The notes beneath the pieces are model-generated. The model saw only the letters and a list, made by a program, of their open reading frames with translations. It had not been told where the DNA came from and did not search any database. The translations under genes were made by a program, and so were the position numbers. A DNA stretch of 61,912 nucleotides, counting the filler. It is 5 parts of 5 records of this genome, joined end to end, with 100 filler letters (N's around TTAATTAATTAA, not from the genome) between each part and the next. Parts side by side here need not be neighbours in the genome. Positions count along the whole stretch, not along the records: positions 25,657 to 45,620 come from SRR20825006_1278; positions 45,721 to 54,139 come from SRR20825006_1284; 3 more parts are not named here. The stretch is one strand, 5' to 3'. Positions 42,316-52,868 of the stretch are shown here, in pieces (position 1 is the first letter of the stretch; every line of letters starts with the position of its first letter).

Positions 42316-42621
42316 TGTCTTGGTCCGTAATCTGGTTCCAGAGGCGCAAGCGGGTGAAAACGCTTCCCGCCGTCAGATAAAATCTGGCGGAAAAGCGCAT
42401 GAGAAGGCCCGTTTGTCAAGGTGAAGGGCTTATCGGCCACTTCAGGCGGATACTGGGCGGAGCTAAACCACAAGCAGAGAGCACCGGCAAGTGCGGGAAA
42501 CGAAAAGCATCGTGAAATCCGCGTGAAAAATGCTGTTTTGTTGCGTTCTATGGTCTCATGCCTTGACATCGCCCGCGCAAAAGCGAAGGACTTTAGCTAA
42601 GACCAAAAGCAGAATTTACCT

Positions 42622-43776
42622 ATGATGATCGAAACGACTGAAGCCCTTCAAGACGCCTGCAACACGCTCGCCAAATCCGATTTTGTTACCGTTGATACGG
42701 AATTTATTCGTGAGAGCACTTTCTGGCCGGAGCTCTGCCTGATCCAGATGGCAAGTCCGGAACTTGAAGTATTGGTTGATCCACTCGCCAGAGGAATCAA
42801 TCTCAAACCATTTTTCGATCTGATGGCTGACCCTTCCGTGGTCAAGGTTTTCCATGCGGCCCGGCAGGATCTGGAAATCGTCTATCATCTCGGCAATATG
42901 CTGCCGGCGCCACTGTTTGATACCCAGGTGGCCGCTATGGTTTGCGGGTTTGGCGATTCCATTTCCTATGATCAGCTGGTTGCCCGCGTTACCGGCGCCA
43001 AACTCGACAAGTCATCACGCTTTACCGACTGGCGGGCAAGACCGCTGAATGAAAAGCAGCTTTCCTATGCCCTGGCCGATGTAACGCATCTGCGCGACGT
43101 CTATCTGAAATTGAAAGAGCAACTGGAACGGGAAGGCCGCGAGGACTGGGTGGTTGAGGAGATGACAATCCTCGAGACACCGGAGACCTATGACCTGCCG
43201 CCGGAAAAGGCCTGGACCAGACTGAAACTCAGGATTAAGAAATCGCTCGACTTTGCCGTGATGCAGGCCGTCGCCGAATGGCGTGAGATCGAGGCTCGCG
43301 ACCGTAATATGCCACGCAGGCGTATTTTGAAGGACGATGCGATTTACGAAATTGCCCAGCAACACCCGACCGAGCCGGAAGCGCTTGCAAAACTGCGCAT
43401 GATCCCGAGAGGCTGGGAGCGTTCAGGACAGGCTGCCGGGCTGATCGAGGCGGTGAAGACAGCGCTGACGATCCCCAAGGCAGATCTGCCGAAGATCCCT
43501 CGCCCGGCGCAGCAGCCGGAAGGTGCAGCTGCTGCGGCAGAGTTGCTGAAAGTGCTGCTCAAGATCATAGCAGAGCAGAACAAGGTCGCACCGCGGGTGA
43601 TTGCTTCATCCGATGATATCGACAAGATCGCGGCAGAAGGTGCCGATGCCGAAGTAGAAGCCATGCACGGCTGGCGCCGTCAACTTTTCGGTGAGCCGGC
43701 CCTGCAACTCATGAATGGCGATGTCGCCCTGCGCTTCATCGACAACAAGGTGCATGTGATCCCCATCCAGGAATAG
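42622..43776 (+). CDS. rnd: Ribonuclease D
   Basis: VDTEFIRESTFWPELCLIQ, FHAARQDLE, FDTQVAA, TDWRARPL..YALADV, HRDC domain. Confidence 0.96.
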   Translation: MMIETTEALQDACNTLAKSDFVTVDTEFIRESTFWPELCLIQMASPELEVLVDPLARGINLKPFFDLMADPSVVKVFHAARQDLEIVYHLGNMLPAPLFDTQVAAMVCGFGDSISYDQLVARVTGAKLDKSSRFTDWRARPLNEKQLSYALADVTHLRDVYLKLKEQLEREGREDWVVEEMTILETPETYDLPPEKAWTRLKLRIKKSLDFAVMQAVAEWREIEARDRNMPRRRILKDDAIYEIAQQHPTEPEALAKLRMIPRGWERSGQAAGLIEAVKTALTIPKADLPKIPRPAQQPEGAAAAAELLKVLLKIIAEQNKVAPRVIASSDDIDKIAAEGADAEVEAMHGWRRQLFGEPALQLMNGDVALRFIDNKVHVIPIQE

Positions 43777-43831
43777 TTCCGCAACTGCTTTCCGTCGCCA
43801 ACACCGGCGAGGCCCGGCGCACGGAAATGAG

Positions 43832-44872
43832 CTACTCGCCCTCGTCAAAAAGCTTGAACTGGGTGAGATCGGCATCCTTTGGCGGCGTGAGACCAAGATG
43901 TTTCCAGGCCCCTGGTGTCATGATGCGCCCGCGCGGCGTTCGCTGGATAAACCCCTGCTGAATCATGTAGGGCTCAATGATATCCTCGATCGCATCACGC
44001 GGTTCAGAAAGCCCAGCCGCAATTGTCTCGATCCCGACAGGTCCGCCACCGAAATGCTGTGCGATCATATTGAGATATCGCCGGTCGAGCTGATCAAGCC
44101 CCATATGATCCACCGCCAGCCGGGTCAGCGCTTCGTCGGCAATCTTTGTCGTGACCTCTTCTGCGTCCGCCACTTCGGCAAAGTCCCGCACCCGTCGCAA
44201 AAGCCGCCCGGCAATACGCGGTGTTCCACGCGCGCGTCTTGCAATCTCGCGGGCGCCGTCATCACTCATGCCAAGCTGCATGAGCCGGGCGCCACGCCTG
44301 ATGATCGATTCAAGCTCTTCAACGGTATAAAAATTCAGCCGCACCGGAATACCAAAACGATCTCGCAACGGCGTGGTCAACAGGCCAAGCCGCGTGGTGG
44401 CAGCGACAAGCGTGAACTTTGCCAGATCAATCTTCACCGAGCGCGCCGCCGGTCCTTCGCCGATGATGAGATCCAGCTGAAAATCCTCCATCGCCGGATA
44501 TAGAATTTCTTCCACTGCCGGGCTGAGCCTGTGGATTTCATCGATGAACAATACGTCGCGCTCTTCCAGATTGGTCAAAAGGGCAGCCAGATCGCCTGCC
44601 TTGGCAATCACCGGGCCGGAAGTGGCGCGGAAATTGACGCCGAGTTCCTTCGCCATGATCTGCGCCAGCGTGGTCTTGCCGAGACCAGGCGGACCAACAA
44701 AGAGAACATGATCAAGTGCCTCGCCGCGTCGCTTCGCCGCCTCGATGAAAATCTTCAGATTGGCGCGTGCTTCGGCCTGGCCGGTGAAGTCGTCCAGCGT
44801 CTGCGGGCGCATTGCGGCGTCAAGGTCTTCAACGCGCTTGTCCGGGGAAATCAGACGGCTCTCGTCACTCAT
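43832..44872 (-). CDS. ruvB: Holliday junction branch migration helicase RuvB
   Basis: [39 protein letters not shown]. Confidence 0.98.
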   Translation of the reverse strand: MSDESRLISPDKRVEDLDAAMRPQTLDDFTGQAEARANLKIFIEAAKRRGEALDHVLFVGPPGLGKTTLAQIMAKELGVNFRATSGPVIAKAGDLAALLTNLEERDVLFIDEIHRLSPAVEEILYPAMEDFQLDLIIGEGPAARSVKIDLAKFTLVAATTRLGLLTTPLRDRFGIPVRLNFYTVEELESIIRRGARLMQLGMSDDGAREIARRARGTPRIAGRLLRRVRDFAEVADAEEVTTKIADEALTRLAVDHMGLDQLDRRYLNMIAQHFGGGPVGIETIAAGLSEPRDAIEDIIEPYMIQQGFIQRTPRGRIMTPGAWKHLGLTPPKDADLTQFKLFDEGE

Positions 44873-44928
44873 GGGTCATACTTTTCAAATTCTGGCAGGA
44901 CACTGTCGCAAAGCATAGACAAATGCAC

Positions 44929-45549
44929 TCAATTCGCCAATTCCTTCAAGCCGAGACGGATCAGTGTCGCACTGTCGGCCCCCTCGCCCGCTTTCTTCAT
45001 CGCCGCCGAAACCGCGCCCGCTGCCTGATCGCGTGAATAGCCAAGATTGGCAAGCGCCGAAATCGCATCCGAGACGGCTGCCGGTGCTGCACCTTCGCTC
45101 ACCTCCTGCCGGAAGGCCACACCATCGCTGTCGCTACCCGAAAGTCCGGCTGGAACCTTGTTCTTCAACTCGTTGACAATCCGGGTCGCCACTTTCGGTC
45201 CGACACCGGGCGCCCGTGAAACAGCAGTCTTGTCACCCAGCGCAATCGCGTTGGAAACCTCGCCCGCCGAAAGCGTCGAGAGAATCGCCAGTGCCACCCG
45301 CGCACCAACACCCTGAACACTTTGCAGAAGATTGAACCAGCCGCGTTCATCGCCGCTGATGAAACCGTAGAGTTTCAGTTGATCTTCGCGCACATAGGTC
45401 TCGATAAAAAGCGTAACCGCCTCCCCCACCGAGCCGATGCGTGACAGCGTTCGCGCCGAGCAGAAGGTGACATAGCAAACGCCATGCACATCGACGAGCA
45501 CATAGTCATCGCCGATTTCATCAATCACGCCCTTGAGTTTGCCGATCAT
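44929..45549 (-). CDS. ruvA: Holliday junction DNA-binding protein RuvA
   Basis: [49 protein letters not shown]. Confidence 0.97.
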   Translation of the reverse strand: MIGKLKGVIDEIGDDYVLVDVHGVCYVTFCSARTLSRIGSVGEAVTLFIETYVREDQLKLYGFISGDERGWFNLLQSVQGVGARVALAILSTLSAGEVSNAIALGDKTAVSRAPGVGPKVATRIVNELKNKVPAGLSGSDSDGVAFRQEVSEGAAPAAVSDAISALANLGYSRDQAAGAVSAAMKKAGEGADSATLIRLGLKELAN

Positions 45550-45620
45550 ATTGTCTGCCCTGTCAGATTGCCGGTTTCACGGCCGAATTCTTTTTACTCT
45601 TCGCGCGTTGCGAACGGAAA

Positions 45621-45720
45621 NNNNNNNNNNNNNNNNNNNNNNNNNNNNNNNNNNNNNNNNNNNNTTAATTAATTAANNNNNNNNNNNNNNNNNNNNNNNN
45701 NNNNNNNNNNNNNNNNNNNN
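45621..45720. other. Artificial contig spacer
   Basis: 44 N + TTAATTAATTAA + 44 N. Confidence 0.99.
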
Positions 45721-45818
45721 CGCTGCAGTCCGCCCATCGCGGGAGAGATGAGGAGGAGGATAAGGGAGGTTTTGGGTGCGGGGATTATTTTGTTTGAGCT
45801 GCCCGCGAGACCAGAGCG

Positions 45819-46028
45819 CTAGATCAGCAAATCGACTTCTGCGCCGTTAATCGGTGCGTCCGAGGGCTTGATGGTGGGTACGGGGGAGGCGGCGTTGGTT
45901 GCCTGGGCTTGCATCATTTCAGCGCGCAGGCGGGCGACTTCGAGCAGATGGCCGGCTTGCGGGGCACCGCGTTCATGCACCATGCGGTTGATCATTATGG
46001 ATGGGGAAATGCCGAGACCGGTGCCCAT
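45819..46028 (-). CDS. Small hypothetical protein with YjfB-like C-terminus
   Basis: 69 aa, starts 10 nt after the upstream gene with a GAGG RBS, ends NGAEVDLLI*. Confidence 0.5.
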   Translation of the reverse strand: MGTGLGISPSIMINRMVHERGAPQAGHLLEVARLRAEMMQAQATNAASPVPTIKPSDAPINGAEVDLLI

Positions 46029-46038
46029 CGCATCGGCC

Positions 46039-46227
46039 TCAGGCCTGCTTGTCGATTTTGAGGCCCTGGCCCGGCGGTGGCGCCGGCGGATTAAGGGCCG
46101 TCTGCATCAGCGAATTGAGCAGGTTGGATTCCATCTCATGGGCCTTCTTGAACACGGCAATCTGCACCGAATTCTGCGTCAGCGCCGTTTGTGCGGTCAG
46201 CAAATTGGTGGAAAGATCGGTGTTCAA
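46039..46227 (-). CDS. YjfB-family (putative motility) small protein
   Basis: VQIAVFKKAHEME..LL..PPPGQGLKIDKQA*; AGGA RBS. Confidence 0.75.
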   Translation of the reverse strand: MNTDLSTNLLTAQTALTQNSVQIAVFKKAHEMESNLLNSLMQTALNPPAPPPGQGLKIDKQA

Positions 46228-46319
46228 TGGTCCGGTCCTGATGGTTGGGTCGCGGTCAGACTAGTTAAGCCGGGTTAAGATTTTGTTGGCCGGTTGCCCG
46301 CATTTGCGAACAATCGGGT

Positions 46320-47003
46320 CTAGCGCCCACCGAACAGTGGCACCTTGCGGCTCTTGAACAAGGGCGCCAGCACAAGACCCGCAGCGAAACCGCCCAGATG
46401 TGCCCACCAGGCGACCGGCTCGTCCGAGCCCATGACGACAAAGAAAAGCTGGGTGGCGATCCAGAAGCCGAGCATCCAGAAGGCAGGCACGGGCAGCGGA
46501 ATGAGCCAGACAATGCGGGCCAGCACGAAAACCCGGGCATGGGGATAGAGCAGGATATAGGCCCCCATGACCCCGGCCACGGCACCCGAGGCGCCGATCA
46601 GCGGGCCATTGCCATCAAGATTGAACAGCAGATGGGCAAGGGCCGCCAGAACCGCGCAGGCGAGATAGAAGACCAGGAATTTGATGTGCCCGAAGGCGTC
46701 TTCAATATTGTCGCCGAACACCCAGAGGAACAGCATGTTGGAGAGCAGGTGCATCCAGTCGGCATGCAGGAACGCATAGGTGGCCAGGTTCGCCCAATCA
46801 GGCAGCCAGGGCACGGGCTGGGGATAGAGATCGCGCACCACGATCGGGATCATGCCGAAATCAATGGTCGCCTGATCAAAGGCTGCCGGGGGCAGGACCG
46901 ACTGGATCAGGAAAGCCAGGATCGTGATGCCCATCAGCCCATAGGTGACGAAGGGGAAATCGACATGGCGGATGGGGTTGGTGTCATGCAGGGGCAGGAA
47001 CAG
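46320..47003 (-). CDS. Rhomboid family intramembrane serine protease
   Basis: FLHADWMHLLSNM, FGDNIED, IGASGAVAG, AWWAHLGG. The family N-terminus (M)FLPLHDTNP begins at a CTG at 47003. Confidence 0.92.
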   Translation of the reverse strand: MFLPLHDTNPIRHVDFPFVTYGLMGITILAFLIQSVLPPAAFDQATIDFGMIPIVVRDLYPQPVPWLPDWANLATYAFLHADWMHLLSNMLFLWVFGDNIEDAFGHIKFLVFYLACAVLAALAHLLFNLDGNGPLIGASGAVAGVMGAYILLYPHARVFVLARIVWLIPLPVPAFWMLGFWIATQLFFVVMGSDEPVAWWAHLGGFAAGLVLAPLFKSRKVPLFGGR

Positions 47004-47041
47004 GGCCAGTCTCCAATGCTGCGCGAAACGAGCTGGGCGGC

Positions 47042-47635
47042 TCAGCCTTTTGCCACGTCACCATAATTGCCCGGCACCCACAAGACATCGCCGGCGCCAT
47101 TGTCATTGGCTACTCGGCCGAGCACGAAAAGCAGGTCCGAGAGGCGGTTGAGATAGCGCAGTGTTTCCGCGCTGGTGTCGGGTTCGGCCTCGAGGAGCGC
47201 TGCAACCAGCCGCTCGGCCCGGCGGGTCACGGTGCGGGCCAGGTGCAGTGAGACCGACAATGGCGTGCCGCCGGGCAGGATGAAGCTGGTGAGGGGTGTG
47301 AGCGCGGCGTTGTACTGGTCGATCTGCTGTTCGAGCCAGATGGTCTGGACCGGCCGGATGCGCAGGCTCGGATGGTCGGCGTCGGGCGCATCGGCGCCTG
47401 GTGTCGCCAGGTCCGAGCCCAGATCGAACAGATCGTTCTGGATGCGCGAGAGTACAGCATCGATCCGCGGCCGGGTGGAAGAGGTCAGGCGGGCCTGACC
47501 GATAAAGGCATTGGCTTCTTCCACCGTTCCATAGGCCTCGACCCGCAGGTCATGCTTGGTGCGGCGCGGACCCCGCACCAGACCCGTCGTGCCGGCATCG
47601 CCGGTGCGGGTATAGATCGAATTGAGCTTGACCAT
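47042..47635 (-). CDS. ATP:cob(I)alamin adenosyltransferase (PduO type)
   Basis: IYTRTGDAGTT, EAYGTVEE.N, IQNDLFDLG, FILPGG, RRAER, YLNRLSDLLF. Confidence 0.95.
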   Translation of the reverse strand: MVKLNSIYTRTGDAGTTGLVRGPRRTKHDLRVEAYGTVEEANAFIGQARLTSSTRPRIDAVLSRIQNDLFDLGSDLATPGADAPDADHPSLRIRPVQTIWLEQQIDQYNAALTPLTSFILPGGTPLSVSLHLARTVTRRAERLVAALLEAEPDTSAETLRYLNRLSDLLFVLGRVANDNGAGDVLWVPGNYGDVAKG

Positions 47636-47655
47636 GGTGCCCCCCAGCCGCTGGC

Positions 47656-47850
47656 CTAGCCGCGACCAAAGAAGAAGAGCGCGCCCAAGAGCAGGACCAG
47701 GGCGACGGCCTGGCCGATGACGCGCAGGCGCATCAGGCGCTGGCTGGTATTGCCGGGGCCGCCCTTGAGCATGTTCCAAAGGCCCATGCCCAGAACAATG
47801 ACGACGAAGAGCAGGGCCAGGGCGATGGCGATATTAACGAGGGTTTCCAT
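47656..47850 (-). CDS. Twin transmembrane helix small protein (HIG1-like)
   Basis: GLWNMLKGG..SQRLMRLRVIGQ; usual position upstream of alphaproteobacterial pduO. Confidence 0.88.
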   Translation of the reverse strand: METLVNIAIALALLFVVIVLGMGLWNMLKGGPGNTSQRLMRLRVIGQAVALVLLLGALFFFGRG

Positions 47851-47857
47851 GATAGCC

Positions 47858-48772
47858 TTAACGTAAGGGAGGCGGGATTGGATCGCCTTTGATATAGGCG
47901 GTCAGACCCTCCGCCACAGCATCATAAATGGCACGAATTCTGTGTGAGGTGAACAATTCCCTGTGCGTGGTGAGCCAGATAGGCAGCGGCGGGATCGACA
48001 GGTCCAGCGGCAGTACCACCAGCCCCGGCGTGTGGCGGGCAAGGTTGAGCTGGGCAAAGCCGATACCAAGGCCCGCCCGCAGCAATTCCCACAAATGTGG
48101 CTGATCGTCCGAGCGCACGGGGAAATTGTCGCGCGTCACCTCGAACCCCAGGGACCGGGCATGGCGGATCACCGCATCGGAGCGATCAAAGCCCAGCAGG
48201 TCGTGTTCCCAGAGCTGGTTGAGCGTGGTGGGCGTGCCGCGCCGGGCCAGGTAGCTCTCATGGGCCACCGGGACCAGCGGAATATCACCCAGATGCCGGG
48301 TGACCAGTTCGAGCTGGGTGGGCCGGAACATGCGCACGGCGATATCGGCTTCGCGCATCAGCAGGTTTTCCGCTGAATCGGTGGGCACCGATTCAATGGC
48401 GATATTGGGATGCAGGCGTCTGATGCCGGCCAGAATATCGGGCAGCACATAATTGGAAATCATGGTGCTGGCGGTCAGCCGCACCGTGCCGCCGGCCTCG
48501 TCCTGGGCGCCTGCTGCCAGGATGGCCGCCTCGGCCAGCGCCGAGCGGGCACGATCGACAGACCCGTAGAGCCGCAGGGCGGTGGCATTGGGCTTGAGGC
48601 CGGTCAGGCTGCGCTCGAACAATGGCAGACCCAGCGCGGCTTCGAGCGCTTCGATGTGTCGGCCAAGCGTGGGCTGGCTGAGCCCGAGCTGGCGTGCGGC
48701 CGCCGAGAGCGAGCCCTCGGCAATCACCGCCGCAAAGCTGCGCCACAGTGACCAGTCGGGGTTACTATTCAT
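47858..48772 (-). CDS. LysR family regulator
   Basis: GSLSAAARQLGLSQPTLGRHIEALE..LFER; READIAVRM. Confidence 0.94.
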   Translation of the reverse strand: MNSNPDWSLWRSFAAVIAEGSLSAAARQLGLSQPTLGRHIEALEAALGLPLFERSLTGLKPNATALRLYGSVDRARSALAEAAILAAGAQDEAGGTVRLTASTMISNYVLPDILAGIRRLHPNIAIESVPTDSAENLLMREADIAVRMFRPTQLELVTRHLGDIPLVPVAHESYLARRGTPTTLNQLWEHDLLGFDRSDAVIRHARSLGFEVTRDNFPVRSDDQPHLWELLRAGLGIGFAQLNLARHTPGLVVLPLDLSIPPLPIWLTTHRELFTSHRIRAIYDAVAEGLTAYIKGDPIPPPLR

Positions 48773-48857
48773 TTTTGAATGTTAGATCGAGAAAATTGCG
48801 CAATCGCCATTCAGCACCGTAGCGCCCATCTTGCTCTCCAGCAACAGCAAGGAGCAT

Positions 48858-49820
48858 ATGATGCATACGGGAAAAGTCACGGTACTGGGCAGTAATGGTC
48901 ATATCGGCAATGCCGCTATGATCGCCTTCCGCGATGCGGGCTGGGCGGTCACGGGCCTGGGGCGCAGCAATCGCAAGCCGGTGACGGGCACGCAATTTTT
49001 CAAGGGTGATGCGGACGAGGTCGCGGCGGTCCGCGCGGCCATCGCGGAAGCCGATGTGGTCGTCCACGCGCTGCACCTGCGCTATGACCAATGGGGTGAG
49101 GGGCGGGCCGAGAAACAATTGCAGGTGGTGCTCGACGCCATGGCGGGCAGCGGCAAGACGCTGCTGTTTCCCGGCACGATATACAATTATCGCGCCGGCG
49201 ACCGCACCATTGCCCCCAGCCTGCGCCAGAGCGGGGAAAGGCCGCGCGGCGAGATCCGCATCCGGCTCGAACAGATGCTGCGCGACGCGGCGGCCAGCAA
49301 TGGATTTCAGGTGATCATCCTGCGTGCCGGCGATTTCTTTGGACCCGGCAATCGGGGCGAATGGTTCGATGCCGCCATGCTGATGGATTACGCCAAGGGG
49401 CGGCTTTACCATCTGGGCGATCTCGAAACGCGGCATAGCTGGGCCTATCTGCCCGATCTGGCACGCGCTTTCACTGTTCTGGCCGCGCAGCGCGCCGAAA
49501 TGAAGGGGTTCGAGAACTTTCATTTTGCCGGCCATTGGGTGAACCACGGGCAAGTCATGGCTGCGACACAGAATGCCTTGTCCAGGCCGGTCGGGATAGC
49601 ACCGCTGCCCTGGTGGATGCTGCGCGCGGTGGGGTTGTTCAATCCGGTGATGCGCGATGTCTATCGCATGCGCTATTTGTGGCGCAACGAGATGGAACTG
49701 GTCGATCCGCGGCTCGATGCCCTGCTCGGCCCGGGCTTCACCACGCCATTCGAGGTGGCGGTGGCCGAGACGGTGAGTGAACTGGTGGCCGGTCGGTCTG
49801 CCGAAAAGCAGGCAGCCTGA
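48858..49820 (+). CDS. NAD-dependent epimerase/dehydratase (atypical SDR)
   Basis: VLGSNGHIG, FPGTIYNY, LRAGDFFGP, HSWAYLPDLA; AAGGAG RBS; divergent from the LysR gene. Confidence 0.88.
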   Translation: MMHTGKVTVLGSNGHIGNAAMIAFRDAGWAVTGLGRSNRKPVTGTQFFKGDADEVAAVRAAIAEADVVVHALHLRYDQWGEGRAEKQLQVVLDAMAGSGKTLLFPGTIYNYRAGDRTIAPSLRQSGERPRGEIRIRLEQMLRDAAASNGFQVIILRAGDFFGPGNRGEWFDAAMLMDYAKGRLYHLGDLETRHSWAYLPDLARAFTVLAAQRAEMKGFENFHFAGHWVNHGQVMAATQNALSRPVGIAPLPWWMLRAVGLFNPVMRDVYRMRYLWRNEMELVDPRLDALLGPGFTTPFEVAVAETVSELVAGRSAEKQAA

Positions 49821-49837
49821 ACATGGGGGTTCGTACA

Positions 49838-50209
49838 ATGAAAGATGTGATTGTCTGGCAGCGGGTCGAAGGCGGATTGGTATTTGTCGCCGCGCTGGTG
49901 CTTTATGGGCAGATGGCGCCGGTGCTGCCCTGGTGGGGTGCGCTGCTGGCGTTTTTTGCGCCGGATTTGAGCTTTTTTGCCTATGGCGCGGGGGCCCGGT
50001 TCGGCTCCTGGATCTACAATCTGGTCCATGTCTATGCGCTGGGTGTGGTGCTGATGGCGCTGGGCGGGTTGCTCGGCTGGCCTTTGCTGGCCGCGCTGGG
50101 CGCACTCTGGCTGGCTCATTCCGGGTTTGACCGCATGCTGGGTTATGGGCTCAAGGCCCAGACCAGTTTCAAGGACACCCATCTGGGGCGGCTGGGCAAG
50201 GCAGGCTAA
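49838..50209 (+). CDS. DUF4260 family membrane protein
   Basis: RVEG, APDLSF, YNLVH, WLAHSGFDRMLGYGLK..FKDTHLG. Confidence 0.88.
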   Translation: MKDVIVWQRVEGGLVFVAALVLYGQMAPVLPWWGALLAFFAPDLSFFAYGAGARFGSWIYNLVHVYALGVVLMALGGLLGWPLLAALGALWLAHSGFDRMLGYGLKAQTSFKDTHLGRLGKAG

Positions 50210-51051
50210 AGTCCAACCGCCCGCCGCACATCGTCCGGTGTCCAACCCTGGGCTCGCAAATCCGCAAGGCTCTGCGAGCCCTTCGACTTGGACAATTTCT
50301 GGCCGTCATCACCGAGCAGCAGGCGATGGAAGAAATAGAGGGGCGTGGGCAGGCCGAGCAGCATTTGCAGCAGCACATGAATATCGGTGGCCGCTTCAAG
50401 ATCGCGGCCCCGGGTGACATGGGTGATGGCCTGGGCGGCATCATCGACCACTACGCTCAAATGGTAGCTGGTGGGCATGTCCTTGCGCTGCAGCACCACA
50501 TCACCCCAGCGCTCGGGCCGGGCATAGCGGATTTGCGGCCGGTCCAGGATGCTCGGGCCGACGACGGAAAACGTCAGCATGCCGGTGCGGGCCATGGGGG
50601 CCTCAGTATCGAGGCGGAACTGCACCGCATCGCCCCGTTCGAGCCTTTCGATGCGTTCGGCATTGCTCATGTGCCGGCAGGTGCCGGGATAAAGCGGGGC
50701 GCCATCAGGATCGGTGCCGGTGGCGTTTTGCGCGATATCGCTGCGCGCGCAGAAACAGGGATAGAGCAGGTCCATGGCGCGCAGCCGATTGGCGGCCTCG
50801 GCATAAATTTCGAAACGCCCGGACTGGCGGATCACCGGCGCTGGCCAGGAGAGGCCCAGCCAATCAAGGTCCTCGAACAGGCCCGCGACGTGTTCCGGTT
50901 TGCATCGGGCGGTGTCGATATCCTCGATGCGCAGCAGCGCGGTGCCGCCCAGCTTGTTCGCCGCGTCCCAGGTGACGAGCGCCGAAAGGGCATGACCCAG
51001 ATGCAATGGGCCATTGGGGCTGGGGGCAAAGCGCAGGATGGGTTTGGACAT
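50206..51051 (-). CDS. gluQ: tRNA glutamyl-Q(34) synthetase
   Basis: RFAPSPNGPLHLGH, LRIEDID, YPCFCARSD, YHLSVVVDD, KLSKS; catalytic domain only (~281 aa). Confidence 0.92.
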   Translation of the reverse strand: MSKPILRFAPSPNGPLHLGHALSALVTWDAANKLGGTALLRIEDIDTARCKPEHVAGLFEDLDWLGLSWPAPVIRQSGRFEIYAEAANRLRAMDLLYPCFCARSDIAQNATGTDPDGAPLYPGTCRHMSNAERIERLERGDAVQFRLDTEAPMARTGMLTFSVVGPSILDRPQIRYARPERWGDVVLQRKDMPTSYHLSVVVDDAAQAITHVTRGRDLEAATDIHVLLQMLLGLPTPLYFFHRLLLGDDGQKLSKSKGSQSLADLRAQGWTPDDVRRAVGL

Positions 51052-51244
51052 TGAGCGCAATTCGTCGGCGAAGGGTTTTTCTGTTCTTATGCGCCATGAC
51101 GCCTGAACGAAAGCCCTGGGGAGCGACACCACATCGGTGGCGACGCCTTCAGCGTTTCGTGACGGCGCGATGCTTTGCGCTTTATTCGCGGCTGTGCTAC
51201 ACGCGCGCACTTCCCGCATTTTTGTCGAGCCCTATGTGCCTGCC

Positions 51245-52453
51245 ATGAGCCTTGCGCTGAATATTGACCATTCCAGTGCCGTCCGCCCCGCGCCGACCAT
51301 GCGCCCCTCGCTGATCGGCCTTTCCAAGGCAGGACTGGCCGAGACGCTGGTGAGCCATGACGTGGTGGCCGAAAGGGAAGGGCGCATGCGCGCCAGCCAG
51401 CTCTGGAACTGGCTCTATGTGAACGGGGTCACCGATTTCGAGCGCATGACCAATGTGGCCAAGCCCGTGCGGCAGAAACTGGCCGATACGTTCAATCTTG
51501 ATCGCCCCGAGATCGTTTCCGAGCAGGTGTCGATCGATGGCACGCGCAAGTGGCTGTTCCGCTTCCGCGATCCGGCCAATCCGAACCTGCCCGCAGTCGA
51601 GGTGGAAACCGTCTATATCCCGGAAAGCGATCGCGGCACGCTCTGCGTCTCCTCGCAGGTGGGCTGCACGCTGACCTGCTCGTTCTGCCACACCGGCACG
51701 CAGAAGCTGGTGCGCAATCTGACGGCCGGGGAAATCCTGGGGCAGATCCTGATGGCGCGCGAGCGCCTGGGTGATTTTCCCGGCGGTTCGCGTCCCAATG
51801 ACGGGGGCCTGGTGCCCGGCGGGGAAACCCGCGCCATCACCAATATCGTGATGATGGGCATGGGCGAGCCGCTCTATAATTACGAGAACGTCAAGCAGGC
51901 GCTGCTGATCGCCTCGGCCGGCGATGGCATGTCCATTTCCAAGCGCCGTATCACGCTCTCGACCTCGGGCGTCGTGCCCTATATCGAGCCGACCGGGCGC
52001 GAAATCGACGTCATGCTGGCCATTTCGCTGCATGCCGTGCGCGATGATCTGCGCGACGTTTTGGTGCCGATCAACAAGAAATGGCCGCTGGAAGAGCTGC
52101 TCGAAGCGTGCAAGAACTATCCGGGCCTCTCCAATGCCCGGCGCATCACCTTTGAATATGTCATGCTCGACGGCATCAATGACAGCGATGCCGAGGCGCG
52201 CGAACTGGTGCGGCTTTTGGCGGGCATTCCGGCCAAGATCAATCTGATCCCGTTCAACCCCTGGCCCGGTTCGAACTACGGCACCTCGCCCTCGTCGCGC
52301 ATCGAGCGCTTTGCCGATATCGTCAACAAGGCCGGCTATGCCTCTCCCGTGCGCACGCCGCGCGGCCGCGATATTTTTGCCGCCTGCGGGCAATTGAAGA
52401 GCGAGAGCGAACGGCTGTCCAGGAAAGACCGGGACGCTCTGCTGACGCTGTGA
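51245..52453 (+). CDS. rlmN: 23S rRNA (A2503-C2)/tRNA methyltransferase
   Basis: [47 protein letters not shown]. Confidence 0.97.
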   Translation: MSLALNIDHSSAVRPAPTMRPSLIGLSKAGLAETLVSHDVVAEREGRMRASQLWNWLYVNGVTDFERMTNVAKPVRQKLADTFNLDRPEIVSEQVSIDGTRKWLFRFRDPANPNLPAVEVETVYIPESDRGTLCVSSQVGCTLTCSFCHTGTQKLVRNLTAGEILGQILMARERLGDFPGGSRPNDGGLVPGGETRAITNIVMMGMGEPLYNYENVKQALLIASAGDGMSISKRRITLSTSGVVPYIEPTGREIDVMLAISLHAVRDDLRDVLVPINKKWPLEELLEACKNYPGLSNARRITFEYVMLDGINDSDAEARELVRLLAGIPAKINLIPFNPWPGSNYGTSPSSRIERFADIVNKAGYASPVRTPRGRDIFAACGQLKSESERLSRKDRDALLTL

Positions 52454-52502
52454 TGCCGGCGCTGGTTCCCGATGGCTATGTGTTGCGGTTCTGCGAGCGG
52501 GT

Positions 52503-52865
52503 GTGATGCGGCCCTCGGCCCGCAAGATTGAACAGGCCATTGCCGCTGCTGAAGATGCGGCGGCAAAGCGGCAGCCGCTCATCTGCCCTTTATGCGACCG
52601 GCCCATTCCGCCTGAGGCCAGATCGAGCCGGCATCACCTCGTGCCACGGATTAAGGGCGGCACGCATAAGGGCACGGTGCGCCTGCACCAGATCTGCCAC
52701 AATGCCATTCATGCCCGGTTTTCGGAGGCGGAGCTGGCCGATAGGCTCGCCGACATCGGCAGCCTCAAAGCCGACCCGGAAATAGCGGCGTTTGTGGATT
52801 GGGTGAGAACCAAGCCACCGGCGTTCCACGCGCCAACGCGAAGAATGCGCACGCGAAAGGCATAG
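52503..52865 (+). CDS. Small HNH endonuclease-like zinc protein
   Basis: CPLCDR..HHLVPRIKGG..HQICHNAIHARFSE.EL..FVDWV. Confidence 0.75.
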   Translation: MMRPSARKIEQAIAAAEDAAAKRQPLICPLCDRPIPPEARSSRHHLVPRIKGGTHKGTVRLHQICHNAIHARFSEAELADRLADIGSLKADPEIAAFVDWVRTKPPAFHAPTRRMRTRKA

Positions 52866-52868
52866 GCG

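Noticed and set aside
46264-46278. Canonical CtrA box
   Set aside because: The spacing is TTAA-N6-TTAAC rather than N7. Kept only as a weak remark in a finding.
48765-52606. Long alternative-frame ORFs (48765-50105, 51197-52606; also 57361-58338, 28283-29242, 2127-3068)
   Set aside because: They overlap well-supported genes on the opposite strand, have no recognisable motifs and are expected in high-GC DNA.
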